Shown piece after piece: positions 38,225 to 51,362 of a stretch of 64,000 bases of DNA. The position numbers were made by a program, and so were the translations under genes. Origin of the DNA: Octopus bimaculoides. Lineage: Eukaryota. Within the stretch, counting starts at the first letter, position 1. Each line of letters opens with the position of its first letter. The stretch is from assembly GCF_001194135.2 (NCBI RefSeq), contig NC_068989.1:23224438-23288437 (forward strand). The letters are read 5' to 3'. A model generated the notes under the pieces. The model saw nothing but the letters and a program-made list of their open reading frames with translations, was not told the origin of the DNA and ran no database searches.

Positions 38225-38904
38225 NNNNNNNNNNNNNNNNNNNNNNNNNNNNNNNNNNNNNNNNNNNNNNNNNNNNNNNNNNNNNNNNNNNNNNNNNNNN
38301 NNNNNNNNNNNNNNNNNNNNNNNNNNNNNNNNNNNNNNNNNNNNNNNNNNNNNNNNNNNNNNNNNNNNNNNNNNNNNNNNNNNNNNNNNNNNNNNNNNNN
38401 NNNNNNNNNNNNNNNNNNNNNNNNNNNNNNNNNNNNNNNNNNNNNNNNNNNNNNNNNNNNNNNNNNNNNNNNNNNNNNNNNNNNNNNNNNNNNNNNNNNN
38501 NNNNNNNNNNNNNNNNNNNNNNNNNNNNNNNNNNNNNNNNNNNNNNNNNNNNNNNNNNNNNNNNNNNNNNNNNNNNNNNNNNNNNNNNNNNNNNNNNNNN
38601 NNNNNNNNNNNNNNNNNNAAAATGAAGAAAATAATATATAAAAAAATAAATATACCAATACATTATATTGTCTTTGAGCTTTTGAAGTTCAATGGTAATT
38701 CATGTACATAATGGTTGGAAAAATAAGGATGCATGAGAATTGAGAGTTGTGTTAGGTTTAAAACAGGGGGTTAAAAGTCTGTGTCAAGCAGGAAGTGTGG
38801 TGTCAAAACAGGAAGTGTGTGTAAGAGGAGACAAATGTTTTTAGTTGGAGTTATGAACTCTTTTTTTCAACAGGAAGTTTATGTCTGTTCCTAGAGAAAT
38901 AAGG

Positions 38905-39234
38905 TCACTGAGGGGTATGTGTGTTAAGAAATGGTTGGAATTTCTCTATGAAAAGATTCTCCTTGATTCTTTCTTGTGTGGAGATTCTGTCTTTACATTG
39001 ATAGAAAGGGAATATAAGGAATTTAGGGTTTTTGTTTCTGCCGCAAGAGTCTATATGGCCACTGGGTGGAATTTGGCGGTATTGAGGGAGATTTATTTGT
39101 ACTTTATGGACTGCTACTCTTCTACGCAACGGGAAGCTCGTCTGTCCAATATAGAAGTTTTGGCAACCTGCACATGTGAGGACATAAATGAGTTTACCAG
39201 AGGAACAAGAGAAATCGGTTTTGATTTTAAACTT
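38905..39234 (-). mobile_element. Penelope-like element GIY-YIG endonuclease fragment
   Basis: Open frame FSCSSGKLIYVLTCAGCQNFYIGQT...LRRRVAVH...HIDSC...ERIKENLFIEKFQPFLN*; the 5' side is cut by (TA)n. Confidence 0.85.
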
Positions 39235-40294
39235 TATATATATATATATATATATACATACACACATATATATATATATATAGGTATGGTTTCTACAGGT
39301 GAATGCCCTTCCTAATGCCTACTACTTGGTTACTGCTGTCCTGCTACCAGCAGCAGCAGTGATCTGCAGGCTATCTGCCACCAGCACTTCACCATTGCTG
39401 GCCAGCACATAGGTTACCAGATCCAGTGCAAGTGTGTGTGTGTGTTATGCATAATTCATTGCAGGTGTTGCTGTATTGCAACAAGTTAGTGTCCCAACTG
39501 AAAGGATGAAGAACAAGGTTGATCTTAGCAGAATTTGAAATGGCTTCAAATTCTAACACAAAGCCAGCAGTGTTAGAGAGCAGGGGCAAATTAACTACAT
39601 CAACCCCAGCACTTGACTGGTACTTATTTTATTGAACCTGAAATTTGAAGGTCGAAGTCAGCCTCAGCAGGATTTGAAACCAGAATGTAAAGAGTCACAA
39701 GAAACACTGTATGGTATTTTTTGTTTGAAGTTCTTACAATTTTGCAACCTCACCACAATAACAACAGCAACAATATCAACAATGACAATGTCACTATTAA
39801 CATGCAGAAACACTGGAACGTAAATGTCAACGTAGCCAAAAATATAAGTTGACATAATGGTATAATATACATAGAAGTAGGACAGTGTTATCTATTTTAT
39901 GTCAGAAGTCAGTCGCAACTTGTAGATGGAAGAATCTGAATAATAAAAAGTAAATATTTCAACAGAGAATGTAAACATATTTAATTGATGATGAACTTTT
40001 AACCGGACTGCCTGCTCGAGAAATAATAGGAACTATTAAGTAATGCCTGAGTCATATAAAAAGAGGTAAAGCACAAATTATGCCAACATGTGTATATCTA
40101 TATATGTATGTGTATATATATATATATATATATGTATATACACACACACCATTATCTCAAGGTGTGTGTATGTGTCACTCATTAAGTTTCTAGTTCTTGG
40201 TTTCTTACTTTATGATGGTTTTGTAGATATTATACCATAGATTTATATATCTTCATTAGATTCTAATTCTCATACAACTTATACTTGTTTAGGA

Positions 40295-40365
<71 letters not shown>

Positions 40366-40917
40366 CACACACACACACACACACATATATACATACACAC
40401 ACACTATTATATATATTAATTCTTCAGTTCTGGCGTGGCTGGCCAATTCTTTAAATACAAATTTTTGTAAGATTCTTTAAAACTCTTGTCTAATCTAACT
40501 TTCTTTGAAACAATAGAGCCTCTGTAACAACTTGGGTATTTGAAGGCTCTGCTCTAACACTACCACCTCATACCATATCACAATCCTCCTAAATCTACCA
40601 CTTCTGCCTTGTCACTCTCCAGCCCACATTGTAAACTGTTTATTTGAACAATAAACTATTTTTCCTTTACACAGTACTTACTTATTCTATCTCCCTTCCT
40701 GCAAGCAATTTCCTAACTCTGAACAGCTCTTAATACACTTTTGTGTCATCCCTCTTCCTCTCATATTCCTTTTTAAATGGTACAAGCATCTTTCCATGAG
40801 CTACCTTGTAAATATACTACTCTTAGCCACTCCACCACACTATACCCCGACACTGACAAGAGGTAGTAACCAAATCACCCTCAAATCAAACCGTATTTTC
40901 TCATAAAAAGGAATATA

Positions 40918-41042
40918 CACGGTGTCCACAAAGTCTGGGTACATGGGGATTAACACACTTTAAGAAATTATTATTTCTTATATTTAATTGTTTATGTTAC
41001 GATTTTATTTACTCTATGTACCCAGACCTTGTGGACACCTTG
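40918..41042. mobile_element. 125-bp Tc1/mariner-type MITE
   Basis: 27-bp TIRs cacggtgtccacaaagtctgggtacat (2 mismatches) with TA on both sides. Confidence 0.8.
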
Positions 41043-42359
41043 TAGAATGAGTAATACATTCGTAGATATCTGATCTGCTCAGTCAGGAATTAGCTAATGC
41101 TAAATTATAACCCCACCAAAATTATCTTCTTGATATAAATACAGTCTTTATAAAATGAAAATTTTTTCTCACCACATTCAGGTGTGTTGATGCTGACTTC
41201 ATTATAGATATAAGCAGATGATTACTGAATATGATTTATCACAAGCATGATGTTACACAAAGTATAAATGCCATCATCACATAACATTAAAAAAACTTCC
41301 ATGTTTTAGACTAATAAAACCTGAAAGTCAGGTACAAATATGGGAAAGAAAATCAATTGTGTATATTTGTTTTTGCACAGGGTTTTGTAAGGACAATATT
41401 TCAACAAGGCCAAGAGTATATTTACTACCTGTACAATTGGTCTAAATATATAACTAATTCTATTTTAATACTACTAGCAATGGAGAAGTATACATGAGCT
41501 AGTGAGGAAGCCTCAACATGATTGCTCAACCCATTAAAAATATTAACTAAATGTCCCTCAACTCACACATCATCTAGACTTCAAAAAGGAAAGACTCATT
41601 GGATAACGTAGTCTGGCGGGGAAAAGATAAAATGATGTTAACTGCAACACCCTTGATAATACCCCTGCTTGTTCAGGATCAACCTGAAGCTAAAGCGTGA
41701 CAGAATGAAAAAAAAAAAAAGGCATCGAAGGGGCGATGCATATCCTGTGTGCAGATAAATTTTTCACAAATTATAGTGTGGCTTACAAGGCATTGCTTAT
41801 CGATGCTTTTTAACTCAACTGAGTTAAGCTTTGTAAGTGTTTGACTAAAAGAGGATTAGAAGCCTAAGTAGATGACAGCTAAAAGAAGACTTGATCGATG
41901 TCTACGCCAAATGCATACGAGTGAAATTTGCATATGACTAAATGATTATTCAAATAATAATCATTATTATGAAAAAGAAAATGAACAAAATGAAATATTT
42001 ATAGAAAATATTGCATAGATTTGAGAAGAGTTTTCAACATCTTTCAATGATTGCAGGCAAATCACAGGTACTGTACTTCATTGTAGGATATAAATAATAT
42101 AACCACTTGCTTATCGGAAAATTTGTAAGTTGGATTCTTTTTTTTTTATATTTTTATCTAAATTATCACCATTATAGGTATTTATACTCCGGTGAAATTA
42201 AGAAATCAATTCATAAATAAATGAAACCTTGAATCCATCACTGTACACACACACAGAGTTGCATATCTATGTATTTATGTATGTATGTACCAACATATGT
42301 CTACATGCATAGATACACCACGATCTATACACACGTAAACAAGGGTCAAATCAAATGAG

Positions 42360-42417
<58 letters not shown>

Positions 42418-42486
42418 TGTGAGTCATCTAAGAGACCATAAGTTAGGGAAGAGATGAACTCATATTTGTCAGTAGAGTAGGTATCT

Positions 42487-42807
42487 TATCCAAAATGTAA
42501 AGTATTAAATATCCATCACGGCTGGTCTTACCAGTCGGTCTCATGGAGAGAATACAATGGAGTGTTAGGTAACAAGCCGATTATATAACTTTACGCTCAT
42601 CAGAGTTAGCTGATATGGAAGAGAATATGGTGACTGCTTTCTATTCTATTCGAATAGAGAGCAGTTGCCATATTCCATATTGGCTAACTCTGATGAGTGT
42701 AAAGTTATATAATTGGTTTGTTACCTAGCACTCCATTGTATTCATTACATGAAACCGATTGGTAAGACCAGCTGTGATGGATATTTAATACTATACATTT
42801 CAGATAA
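42487..42807. repeat. ~320-bp zero-spacer palindrome
   Basis: Centre ctattc|gaatag at 42651/42652; the arms align over about 155 bp with scattered substitutions. Confidence 0.88.
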
Positions 42808-42859
42808 TATATATATATATATATATATGTATAGTGTACTGTTCCATGATGGTAATATC

Positions 42860-43215
42860 AACAAAAAAAGTACTCCATCTGGTGAGAGATAAATAGTATT
42901 TAACAGAAATAATCCTTTTTTTTTTTATGTGCAAGTAATAGATTCTTGTGCTGAGAACACACCAAAACGCTGCATAGGTCGCATGCACATAAATTTTTTT
43001 GCAAAAAATTTGCATACTCGAAACATTTTGATTCACCTGTCCACCAGTTTTGAAGATAAGATAAACAAATTTTCATCATTTCGAGCCATTCCCCCAATGA
43101 GTATTTCTGCCAAATTTGGTGAAAACCCATTCAGCCATTTTCCAGTAATTTTGCAAACAAACAGATAAAGACAAGTGATTACAATACCCTGCTTTCACTT
43201 ACTCACACAGGGTAA
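42860..43215 (-). mobile_element. Another DINE-1/HINE-like element
   Basis: Minus strand starts ttaccctg...cagggtattg (hairpin), then gtttgtttg repeats and ccaaatttggcag, the usual HINE 5' architecture. Confidence 0.5.
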
Positions 43216-43559
43216 TTAGGGAGAGAAAAGTGGAAGGGACACGGCTAGAACTGTATGTTTGAATGAAGTACTATTTATCTACAGTTCCATAATATGGAGA
43301 TAAAATTATTATGATGACATGGGCTATATTAATATTGGAATATTACTTTTAGCCTTGCCAATGTGATATTCCATGAGGAAGAAACAGTTCGGACTGTATA
43401 AGCTATGGAATTAAGCATTCATGTCAGACAAAACACACCACTAAAATATGAAAACTGAAAAACCTTAGCCTTCCCTTCACACAAGATAAATATAATAGTA
43501 GTCACAAAGTACAAGTATTTTCAGAAATAAAATACACTTGAGACAATTAAGAACTCTTA

Positions 43560-43690
43560 TGTTTTCCCAGACATCATCCTGTGATGCACCTGAACACATC
43601 ATCAGTGATGCTTCCTAAGGCCATTAGGGGTTTCATATCTTTCAGCAATGAGAGACCCTCTAACCTTGGACTACATCAGGAGGAGAATCA
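43560..43690 (-). mobile_element. HERO-like 3' UTR remnant
   Basis: Shares gaaac(a)ccc...catcactgatgatg with 18395-18480. Confidence 0.45.
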
Positions 43691-46690
43691 AATGTCGAAT
43701 TAGATTTATAGGGCGCAAAATTACTAACAAAAAAAAAGTATAAGTTATTTCTAGTTCTTTGTAAACAGGTTTTAAAAATGATGAGGAATTTTAAGCCATT
43801 TAAAATTTGCACAATATTCAGCTAAAGTTAAAACAAGCCTACATGAATCTGATACTTTAATATTTAAATCGTATCTATTATGTGTATTCTGCCAGCATAG
43901 ATCTTCCTTCTATGTACACAGTACATAGAAGGAAGAGTTTTACATAGTTCAATCAATATTTTTATCACACAAAACAATGTGTAATGGTAATATATGATCA
44001 GGAATAATGAATGGGTACATTCTCTATTCTCTTTACCCCACAAATCAGTTAGAGATAGAAAGGGAGATACATATACACACATTTATTTCAATTAGCGGGC
44101 ACCATTCATGAGTTTACTCAAGTTTATGTGATGGTTGCCTTTTGTTTTTAAATTTTCATGCATAACACTAGTTTATGAAGCAGTCAGGCAGATTTGTGGT
44201 GGTTTAAATCATCATATCTAACACAATGTCTCTCTTCTAATTACATAACATGAATCCTAGATCAAGAGAATTTAGCTTGGGATGACCGGAGACTAAACAG
44301 CAATAAGTCTCTTGACTCTTCAAAGCAGCACCTATTCTAGCCAAAAAATATCTTATGTATGTATGTATGTATGTATATATGGACAGACAGACAGACATTA
44401 TTTCACTTAAACATTGCGATACTAATAACCTGGTGTAGAACTCAATATATGTATGCTTCAAAACGAAGCATTAGTCGCGTACAGGGCGGTAATGAGAAAA
44501 TGAGATGACAAAGGAATAAACGATTATCTTATGAACTTCATTAGCTTACAGCTGTTTCTGTAATAAGATGCAGTGAACTCATAGTTGAGAGCCCAAGTAA
44601 CACCTTACAGGCATGGGGCACACTGGGCAAGTGTCCTGGGGCCTCGCGAGTCTAGGGATCCAATTCTGATCTGTTTTCGGTTAGTCAATAAATAAATACT
44701 GTAGGGCTTAGTGCATTGATTTACTCAGGAACCTATAACGCTGCTAAGACGGTCTTGCAAGTGTTCCCCCACCCCCATCAACTTCGTTTCCTAACTTACG
44801 AAAAAAATAGACATTCTTTAATGAAATAAGACGAGATGGAGGTGCATGCTCATATAGATGAGCCTATGGCAATCCTTGAAGTGGAGGCTGCTTAACCCCA
44901 CGTCAGCCAGGATCGAGCTAACCTACGATCGAACGCATTCCCTCCGCCGTATTGAATCATTCCATCTTTTTTTCTATCATCTAATGTATTAATTTCTAAG
45001 GAGACGGAGTGGAGTGCGAGTTGATGGAAACTTAGCTGCTATTTCTGCCACGTCGAGCAACCACCTAAGCTCCACCTGCTAAAAATAGCAGTCACACCTC
45101 TTTCAAATTCCACCTTAAGGTCCTTAAATTTTTCACTACAGACACAGTAGTTCTAAATAAAAGCATGGTATGCATGAACGGAACCTCTTTGGTTATGGAT
45201 CTGCTCATTTAGGGACTAAACAACAAATGAATCCAAAGTCTCAGGCATTTATGTAGGTAGATATTCTAGGGAGTGACAAACTCAAAGATATGTCTAGCCC
45301 GGCAACCAATCAAGATTTCATCAACCACTATTTAATGTGACATAACTACTGCGAACCAATTAGAGCCTCTAACTAGTCACTTGACCCTGCTAAAAAAAGA
45401 CCCAAATATTTAAAATTACCCTCGATCATCTTAAAAAAGGAAGGACTGTAATTTTGATGAAACAAAAATGACGATTGCCATATCTGAATGTCTACGATCA
45501 AAGATATGTTTACTCAGGATTGACCTAGGGCTAAAGAACAAATTTTACCACCCCAAAGGCGACAGTCATTCTAAGTTAAATTAATATTTTGTAATAAAAT
45601 AGTGGAGATAAAAAAACAAGAGTAAATCACAAAGTTGAATGTCTTACAGACATTTTCATTTCCTTCAGTGTCAGTTGTCTATAACTCCAGACCTCATTCA
45701 AGAGACCCCCCATCATCAAAAGTATTCAAAGACCGTGACAATCCCATCTAGTAAATATCTATAGCATTAACTCAGACTACATTAACGAATGTCTATTTTT
45801 CCTTTAGGACAGTGCCCTTAAATGATCTGAGGGATGTTTTAGCTATCATTTTAACAGGTCAGACACAGCAGACAAAGATTCATTCCCTCGCTGATTATTT
45901 TTCGATTGTGTGTTTCAGTCAATGTCGACTTTTATCTGCCTTCTTTCTCACCTAAATACCAACAATGAAGCGATTAAATCAACTATCTTTTTATTTTAAA
46001 CCAAACGAGACTCACTTCAACTTTATCGATCCATACTGCTTAGTTTTAAACAACTAAATTGTATTCGTTGAGACAATTTAGTAAGAAATAGTCATTCAGA
46101 GGATACCAGTTCCCTCGCTGGGAAAGTTAGTAAATAATATTAATTGAAGTATGACTAACACGCCATGACAATAACGTAATTATTATGAGGGTTAATTAAG
46201 AAGCTGTATAGTTAGTGAATATGATGGAAGGGTGGTAATGTTATTTATTTTGTATAACCCGAGGTAGATCAAAGATAAAGTCGATCTGTGCCAGATTTTA
46301 AAGTTCACGACTTTCCTGTCGCTACAACCACCATTGTGTGGTGACTGTTGATAATAACATTTTAAGGTGTGGTTATTACAATAGCAAAGAAATAAAGATA
46401 TTTTAGGTGGTGTAATGGCTACAGATGAAGATATTTAGAATAAAGGTCCTGCGAAAAAGGGGTGTTTTTCTTTCTGTTTTTGTAAGGTCTGAACTAAGTT
46501 GACATTTCATTAACAGAAAAAAAAGCGGAGCATTTTTGAGGTAAAGAAAATTAAGTTTCAGAGCGACGAAAGAGAAACAAAGGAATAAAAATAAAACATA
46601 GAGTAAACATATAAACTGTCAAAATATTTCGAGGGAAGGAGAAAAATAAATAACTGGGGGTTTTTTTTTTCTTTCTCAATTAAATCTTAC

Positions 46691-46718
46691 CTCCAATACG
46701 TTCTTCTGTTAATTGCGA
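46691..46718 (-). CDS. Mlc-c: Myosin essential light chain exon 2 (28 nt, SQLTEERIG + 1 nt)
   Basis: ttatcttttcag|TCGCAATTAACAGAAGAACGTATTGGAG|gtaaga. Phase 0 to phase 1, joining exon 1 and exon 3 in frame; resembles the N-terminal xxLTEEQIxE helix. Confidence 0.87.
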
Positions 46719-46878
46719 CTGAAAAGATAAGGATATGAAAGATATTTTAGATAGAGATATAGTTTAACATTTATAATAACAAGGAGGGGAAAAACAGCAA
46801 TATATTTTTTTTTAAATGAGTCGATTAAATGGTGAAAATGTGAAATATAAGCGAGAAAAGTAAGAAGGAGACAATTAC

Positions 46879-46881
46879 CAT
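46879..46881 (-). CDS. Mlc-c: Myosin essential light chain exon 1 (ATG only)
   Basis: Minus strand reads ...ttgacaaaATG|GTAATT: CAAAATG start context directly followed by a donor. An ATG-only first coding exon is typical of calmodulin/MYL6-family genes. Confidence 0.82.
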
Positions 46882-47000
46882 TTTGTCAAGTTGAATGATG
46901 AGTGAAATACTACTTCCGTTACTAATGGCTGATGGGACCAAACAACACACACTAGCTTAGCGTCACACTTTACTACTGACTGACTGACTAATTCATTCAA
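46882..47000 (-). promoter_or_regulatory. 5' UTR and putative core promoter of the light-chain gene
   Basis: Immediately 5' of exon 1. ETS-like CGGAAGT near 46912-46918 and Inr-like TCACTC/TCATTC; no TATA box seen. Confidence 0.45.
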
Positions 47001-47119
47001 TTTTACTTCCTCGTTCAGCTTGTGGATGTTTAAAATGTTTAAATACCATCCCCTCTCCTATGTCAGCTCTGACTCAGCCGATCTATTATCAAAGACGTCC
47101 CAGTTGTGACCACTTATCT

Positions 47120-47605
47120 TGGCGGAATTATAGTTTAAGCACACCATATAACTTTTATTTTTGGAATTTTCAGGTAATTTTTGCGAATTTGTGTTCTACA
47201 CACAGTAATTTATACGATTATAAAATATTTTTGAAACCCCTCCCCGCTTCATAAGCCCAAAAAGTTCCACTCTTTTTCGAATTTTTAATAGAGTTTGAAA
47301 TACGGACAGTCCGAATTCTTTGCTTAAATCTCATCATCATTCCGTTAAATGTGTTTATAGGGAGAAAATATTGAAAAACATCAATACATGTCAGTGTGAC
47401 AAAGAAGTGAGGAAGGTATCTGGTGGTCGTGAGATGTGCTAAAAATAACAGCTAAATAACCCTTAAATCAGACACACGAAAATTGTTTTCTTAATTGTAT
47501 GAATTCCCCTGTGCAGAATACAAATCTGCAAAAATTTTCTGAAAATTCCAAAAAATAAAAAAGTTATGAGGAGTTATATGCAATGCTTAAACCAGAATTC
47601 TGCCC
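47120..47605. mobile_element. Long-TIR MITE (second copy at 55123-55581)
   Basis: TIRs ggc(a/g)gaatt...gtttaagca...ataacttttattttttggaattttcag; the internal sequence is shared between the two copies. Confidence 0.7.
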
Positions 47606-48039
47606 CCATCTTTTACTCGGAAATACTATATCTTGGACTTCAATTATGTCATATTCATGGAGGTATTGGAAGAGTTCTGGACTACCTACACAAGTGTGCT
47701 TTCTTCTTTGTTTCCAAATAACTTTCAGAAAAATAGATGTTTTAATAAAAATTTTTACAAATGCCCTTTAGATGGGACAGATCACGATTATATCAGAATT
47801 TGATGTAAGAAAAAATTGATGGGTGTGCACATGTGTGTACTAACAACACATAGCGCCCAACTTTTCCCCGCTATTTAAGTTTCGTTTTGTAGACGCTAGT
47901 AACCACTTTACTATGAAGTTTTTATACAGCAGTTATTTTCTCCCCACTTTCTCTCTCTTTCTCTCTCACTAGCCAGATTGACTACATCTTCACCAGCCAT
48001 GGGAACACATATATACTCGTAAATGCAAAATCTTTCCCA

Positions 48040-48730
48040 GGTGAAGAATGTACAACACAACATAAGCTAATAGTTAGTGACTTAAGGCTTAGGGCCAGAA
48101 GGATCCAGAGATGCAATCCGATTTGGAAAAGGAGGTTGTGGAAGCTCAAGGATCCTTCAAACAGGCAGAGATTTAGAGATGTTCTTAATGAGGCCTTTGA
48201 TGAGAAAGAGGAAGAGATAGAGACATATGATGTAGAACAGGGGTTTTCAAACTTTTTGACTTGTGGACTCCTTTATATTTCAGGCTTTACCTTAGGGACC
48301 CCCTTATAAATGCTTATGAAATTTATACAATAAATATTTGCTTAAAATAACATATTTTTACATTTATTTATTTAACAGTATTTAGCAAATAGGTTTATTG
48401 TCAATTATACACACAAGATTTTTTTAATACATACTTAGTGAGAAGGATGTCCTTGCGGACCACAGTTTGAAAAACCCTGATGTAGAGGACAACTGGAAGC
48501 TTCTAAGGGACAATCCACTAAGGGCAACAGGCCAAATCTGTGGTTGAAGCAAAGTCTAGGGTGATGTGGTGGTGGAACAGTGATGTTGTCAAGGCCATAA
48601 AAGAGAAAAGACAAGTCTGGAAAGAATGGAAAAGAGTGGGTAGCAAAGAATCATATCAGAAAGCTAAAAGGGAAGCTAGACGTCAGGTTTATCTAGCAAG
48701 GGCAGAAGTAGAAAAGAGGTTTGCCAATGT
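48040..48730 (+). mobile_element. RTE ORF2 fragment (EN-RT linker) split by a hAT MITE
   Basis: RFRDVLNEAFDEKEEEIETYD|VEDNWKLLRDN ... WWWNSDVVKAIKEKRQVWKEWK...ARREARRQVYLARAE-like. Confidence 0.75.
48238..48479. mobile_element. hAT (Charlie-like) MITE
   Basis: CAGGGGTTTTCAAAC / GTTTGAAAAACCCTG termini; 8-bp TSD atgtagaa/atgtagag. Confidence 0.8.
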
Positions 48731-48812
48731 GGGTGTATATGTGCATAAAGTGTATGTGGCCATGTGTGAGTGTGTGAATGTGGGTGTGAGAGGTGAGGTG
48801 ACAAGTGTATAT

Positions 48813-49980
48813 CATCATCATCATCATTTAACGTCCACTTTCCATGCTAGCATGGGTGGGATAGTTTCACAAGAGTCAGCCAGGCAGAAACCTGCACCAG
48901 ACTTCTGTGACTGTTTTGGCTGGATTTTTACAGCTGGATACCCTTCCTTACACTAACCACTCAATGTGTGGGTATAACACACAGGTTGGGGGCAAGCAGA
49001 GAGCAATGATACAGTGACACAGGGCCAAGAGGACAGGATAGGGGAGTGGGAGGTAAGCATAGTACATGAAGCGGAAATTTGAGGAAGAGAAGAGATGTAG
49101 AGATGTAGTTTGGTTTGTTGTGGTAGAGTGTGTGAGAAGTTTTCTTGTTAAGTGTGTGTGGGACAGACAGCACTTCTAGAACTCAGTTTCACTGACATAG
49201 GCAGGTCTTCTCAAGAACTTCATATCGCCAGACATCTTGGTCCATTGTCATTTCCTCTTTGAGGCCCAACTTCCTGAAATCAGTCCTTACCACTTCATCT
49301 CACATCTTCCTGGGTCTCCCTCTTCCGCAGGCACCATCCACTTTTAGTGATCGGCACTTCTTTATGCAGCTGTTCTCATTCATACTCATCACGTGTCCAA
49401 ACCAGCATAGTCTTCTCTCTTGCATGCTACATTTGATTCCTCTTCTGCCCAACTTTTCTCTCAATACATTTACACTTTGCCATACACATGCACTAATGTT
49501 GCACATCCAATGGAGCATACTACCTTCTTTTCTCTCCAGTCTACACGTCTTCTGCATTCAGGGCCTATGTCTCACTACCATGGAGTATAGCTGTTCGCAC
49601 ACAATCATCATATAGTCTACCTTTCACTCTGAGAGAGAGTCCTTTTGTTGCCAACAGAGGTAATAGTTCTCTGAACTTCCTCTATCCAATTCTTATTCTA
49701 GAAACAATACTTTCAGAGCATCCTCCACCATTGCTCATTTCATCACCTAGGTAACAGAAACTATCTACAACCTCAAGAGAGCCTCCTGGGCATTTGAGAG
49801 AATCTAATTCTCATGTGCTCATAGTGCTTATTGTTCCTGCTCATCTGCCACATACAAAGACGAATTTATCTGTTAATCTATCTGTGATTCCACTGCATCT
49901 CTTATGTGTCCATAGATTACATTGGATGCAGTGAATGGAATTTCTTCCAACTCCTTTCCTACATATTAAGCAGGGCCATT
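48813..49980 (-). mobile_element. 5'-truncated RTE LINE
   Basis: SMLHWMCNIS...LREKLG..GIKCSMQERRLCWFGHVM...GRGRPRK on the minus strand; tail at 48813-48965. Confidence 0.85.
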
Positions 49981-50003
49981 TACCTGACAGAAAGAGAGTT
50001 TTA

Positions 50004-51222
50004 TTAGGTCGTCAAGTATGAAATTTGTAATAAGGTATATGGTAAACTTTGACAGCTGCCCATTTTGCGTCATTATTATATTTTGACAATATTTTTTGTT
50101 AGAAAGCTGACACATCTATTTCTTTATTATAACTCATTTTGTGCTTTATAAAGTATTTATAAATCATTTTTTGCTATTTTTGTTTAAAGATGGATAAGTC
50201 GGAAATTCATACAGTTTTGAAATATGAGTTCTTTCTTGGAAATACAGCATCACAGACAGCTCGGAATATTAATGGAGTATTTAATTTTAACATTATTACA
50301 CAGCAGACAGTATCAAATTGGTTAGCGAAATTCCATTCTGGTAACTTTGACCTTACAAATGAGCAACATGGTTGACCAGAAACAAAGGTGGATGATGACA
50401 AACTGAAAGCCACTGACGAGTCAGATCCAGCAAGCAAACAATACTGACTCGCATAGTTCAAATTGGTAAAGTGAAAAAGTTGGATAAGTGGGTTTCACAT
50501 AAACTCAATGAAAATCAGAAACAGCAACGTTTGGAAGCCTGCATTATGCTACTTTCTCATCACAAAAATGAATCATTTTTGAATCGAATTGTAACATGTG
50601 ATGATAAATGGATCCAATACAACAACCGTAAATGTTCAGAACAATGGTTGGACAAAGACGATCCACCAAAGCACAATCCAAAAAGCAAAATTCATTAAAA
50701 AAAGCTGATGGTGTGTGTTTGGTGGTCTGGTGCAGATGTGATCCATTATGATTTCATTAAACCTGGCTCATCAATCACAGCTGAAGTATACTGCAGCCAA
50801 CTGGACCAAATGATGCAGAAACTTACAAAAAAAAAACAGCCTAGATTAGTCAACAGATTCACTCCTATTTTATTGCAAGACAACACCAGACCACACATTG
50901 CAAAAATGACATTGGCAAAACTACAGGAGTTGGAGTTGGAAGTTCTCCATCATCCACCATACTCACTTGATCTTGCCCCTACTGACTACCACTTCTTCCA
51001 GAATATGGATAACTTTTTGATAGGAAAAAAATTTAATTCCAACGATGCTGTAAAACAGGCCTTCCATGATTTTCATAGTTCCCTGCTGGACAAGCTACCA
51101 TTGAAATGGCAAGTGTTTTGACAATATGGGTACATACTTTGATGAATAAAGCTATTCCTTGTATTTATAAAACATTTGCAAACTTATTTTCTTTTCTACA
51201 AATTTCATACTTGACAACCTAA
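50004..51222 (+). mobile_element. Full-length defective mariner transposon
   Basis: 26-bp TIRs ttaggt(c/t)gtcaagtatgaaatttgta and TA TSDs. Transposase in three broken frames (50190-51121) with WVSHKL, IVTCDDKW, LLQDNTRPH and HPPYSLDLAPTDYHFF. Confidence 0.93.
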
Positions 51223-51322
51223 TATCTTCTTTCTTACTAACAACAACTTTTATCTTAGCTAGGTTAACTTTAAGGCCCTTTGATTCCAGGTTTTGTCCCC
51301 ATACCTGGAATTTCTTCTCCAT

Positions 51323-51362
<40 letters not shown>

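Noticed and set aside
42690-42790. Hammerhead ribozyme in the right arm of the 320-bp palindrome (CTGATGAG...GAAAC)
   Set aside because: Stem II can form, but the cleavage triplet would be GUG, stem I cannot pair, and the other arm has GAGAC instead of GAAAC.
48040-49980. Twin-priming inversion of a single RTE insertion
   Set aside because: The plus-strand ORF2 piece abuts the 3' tail, not the 5' end, of the minus-strand copy, so two independent insertions fit better.
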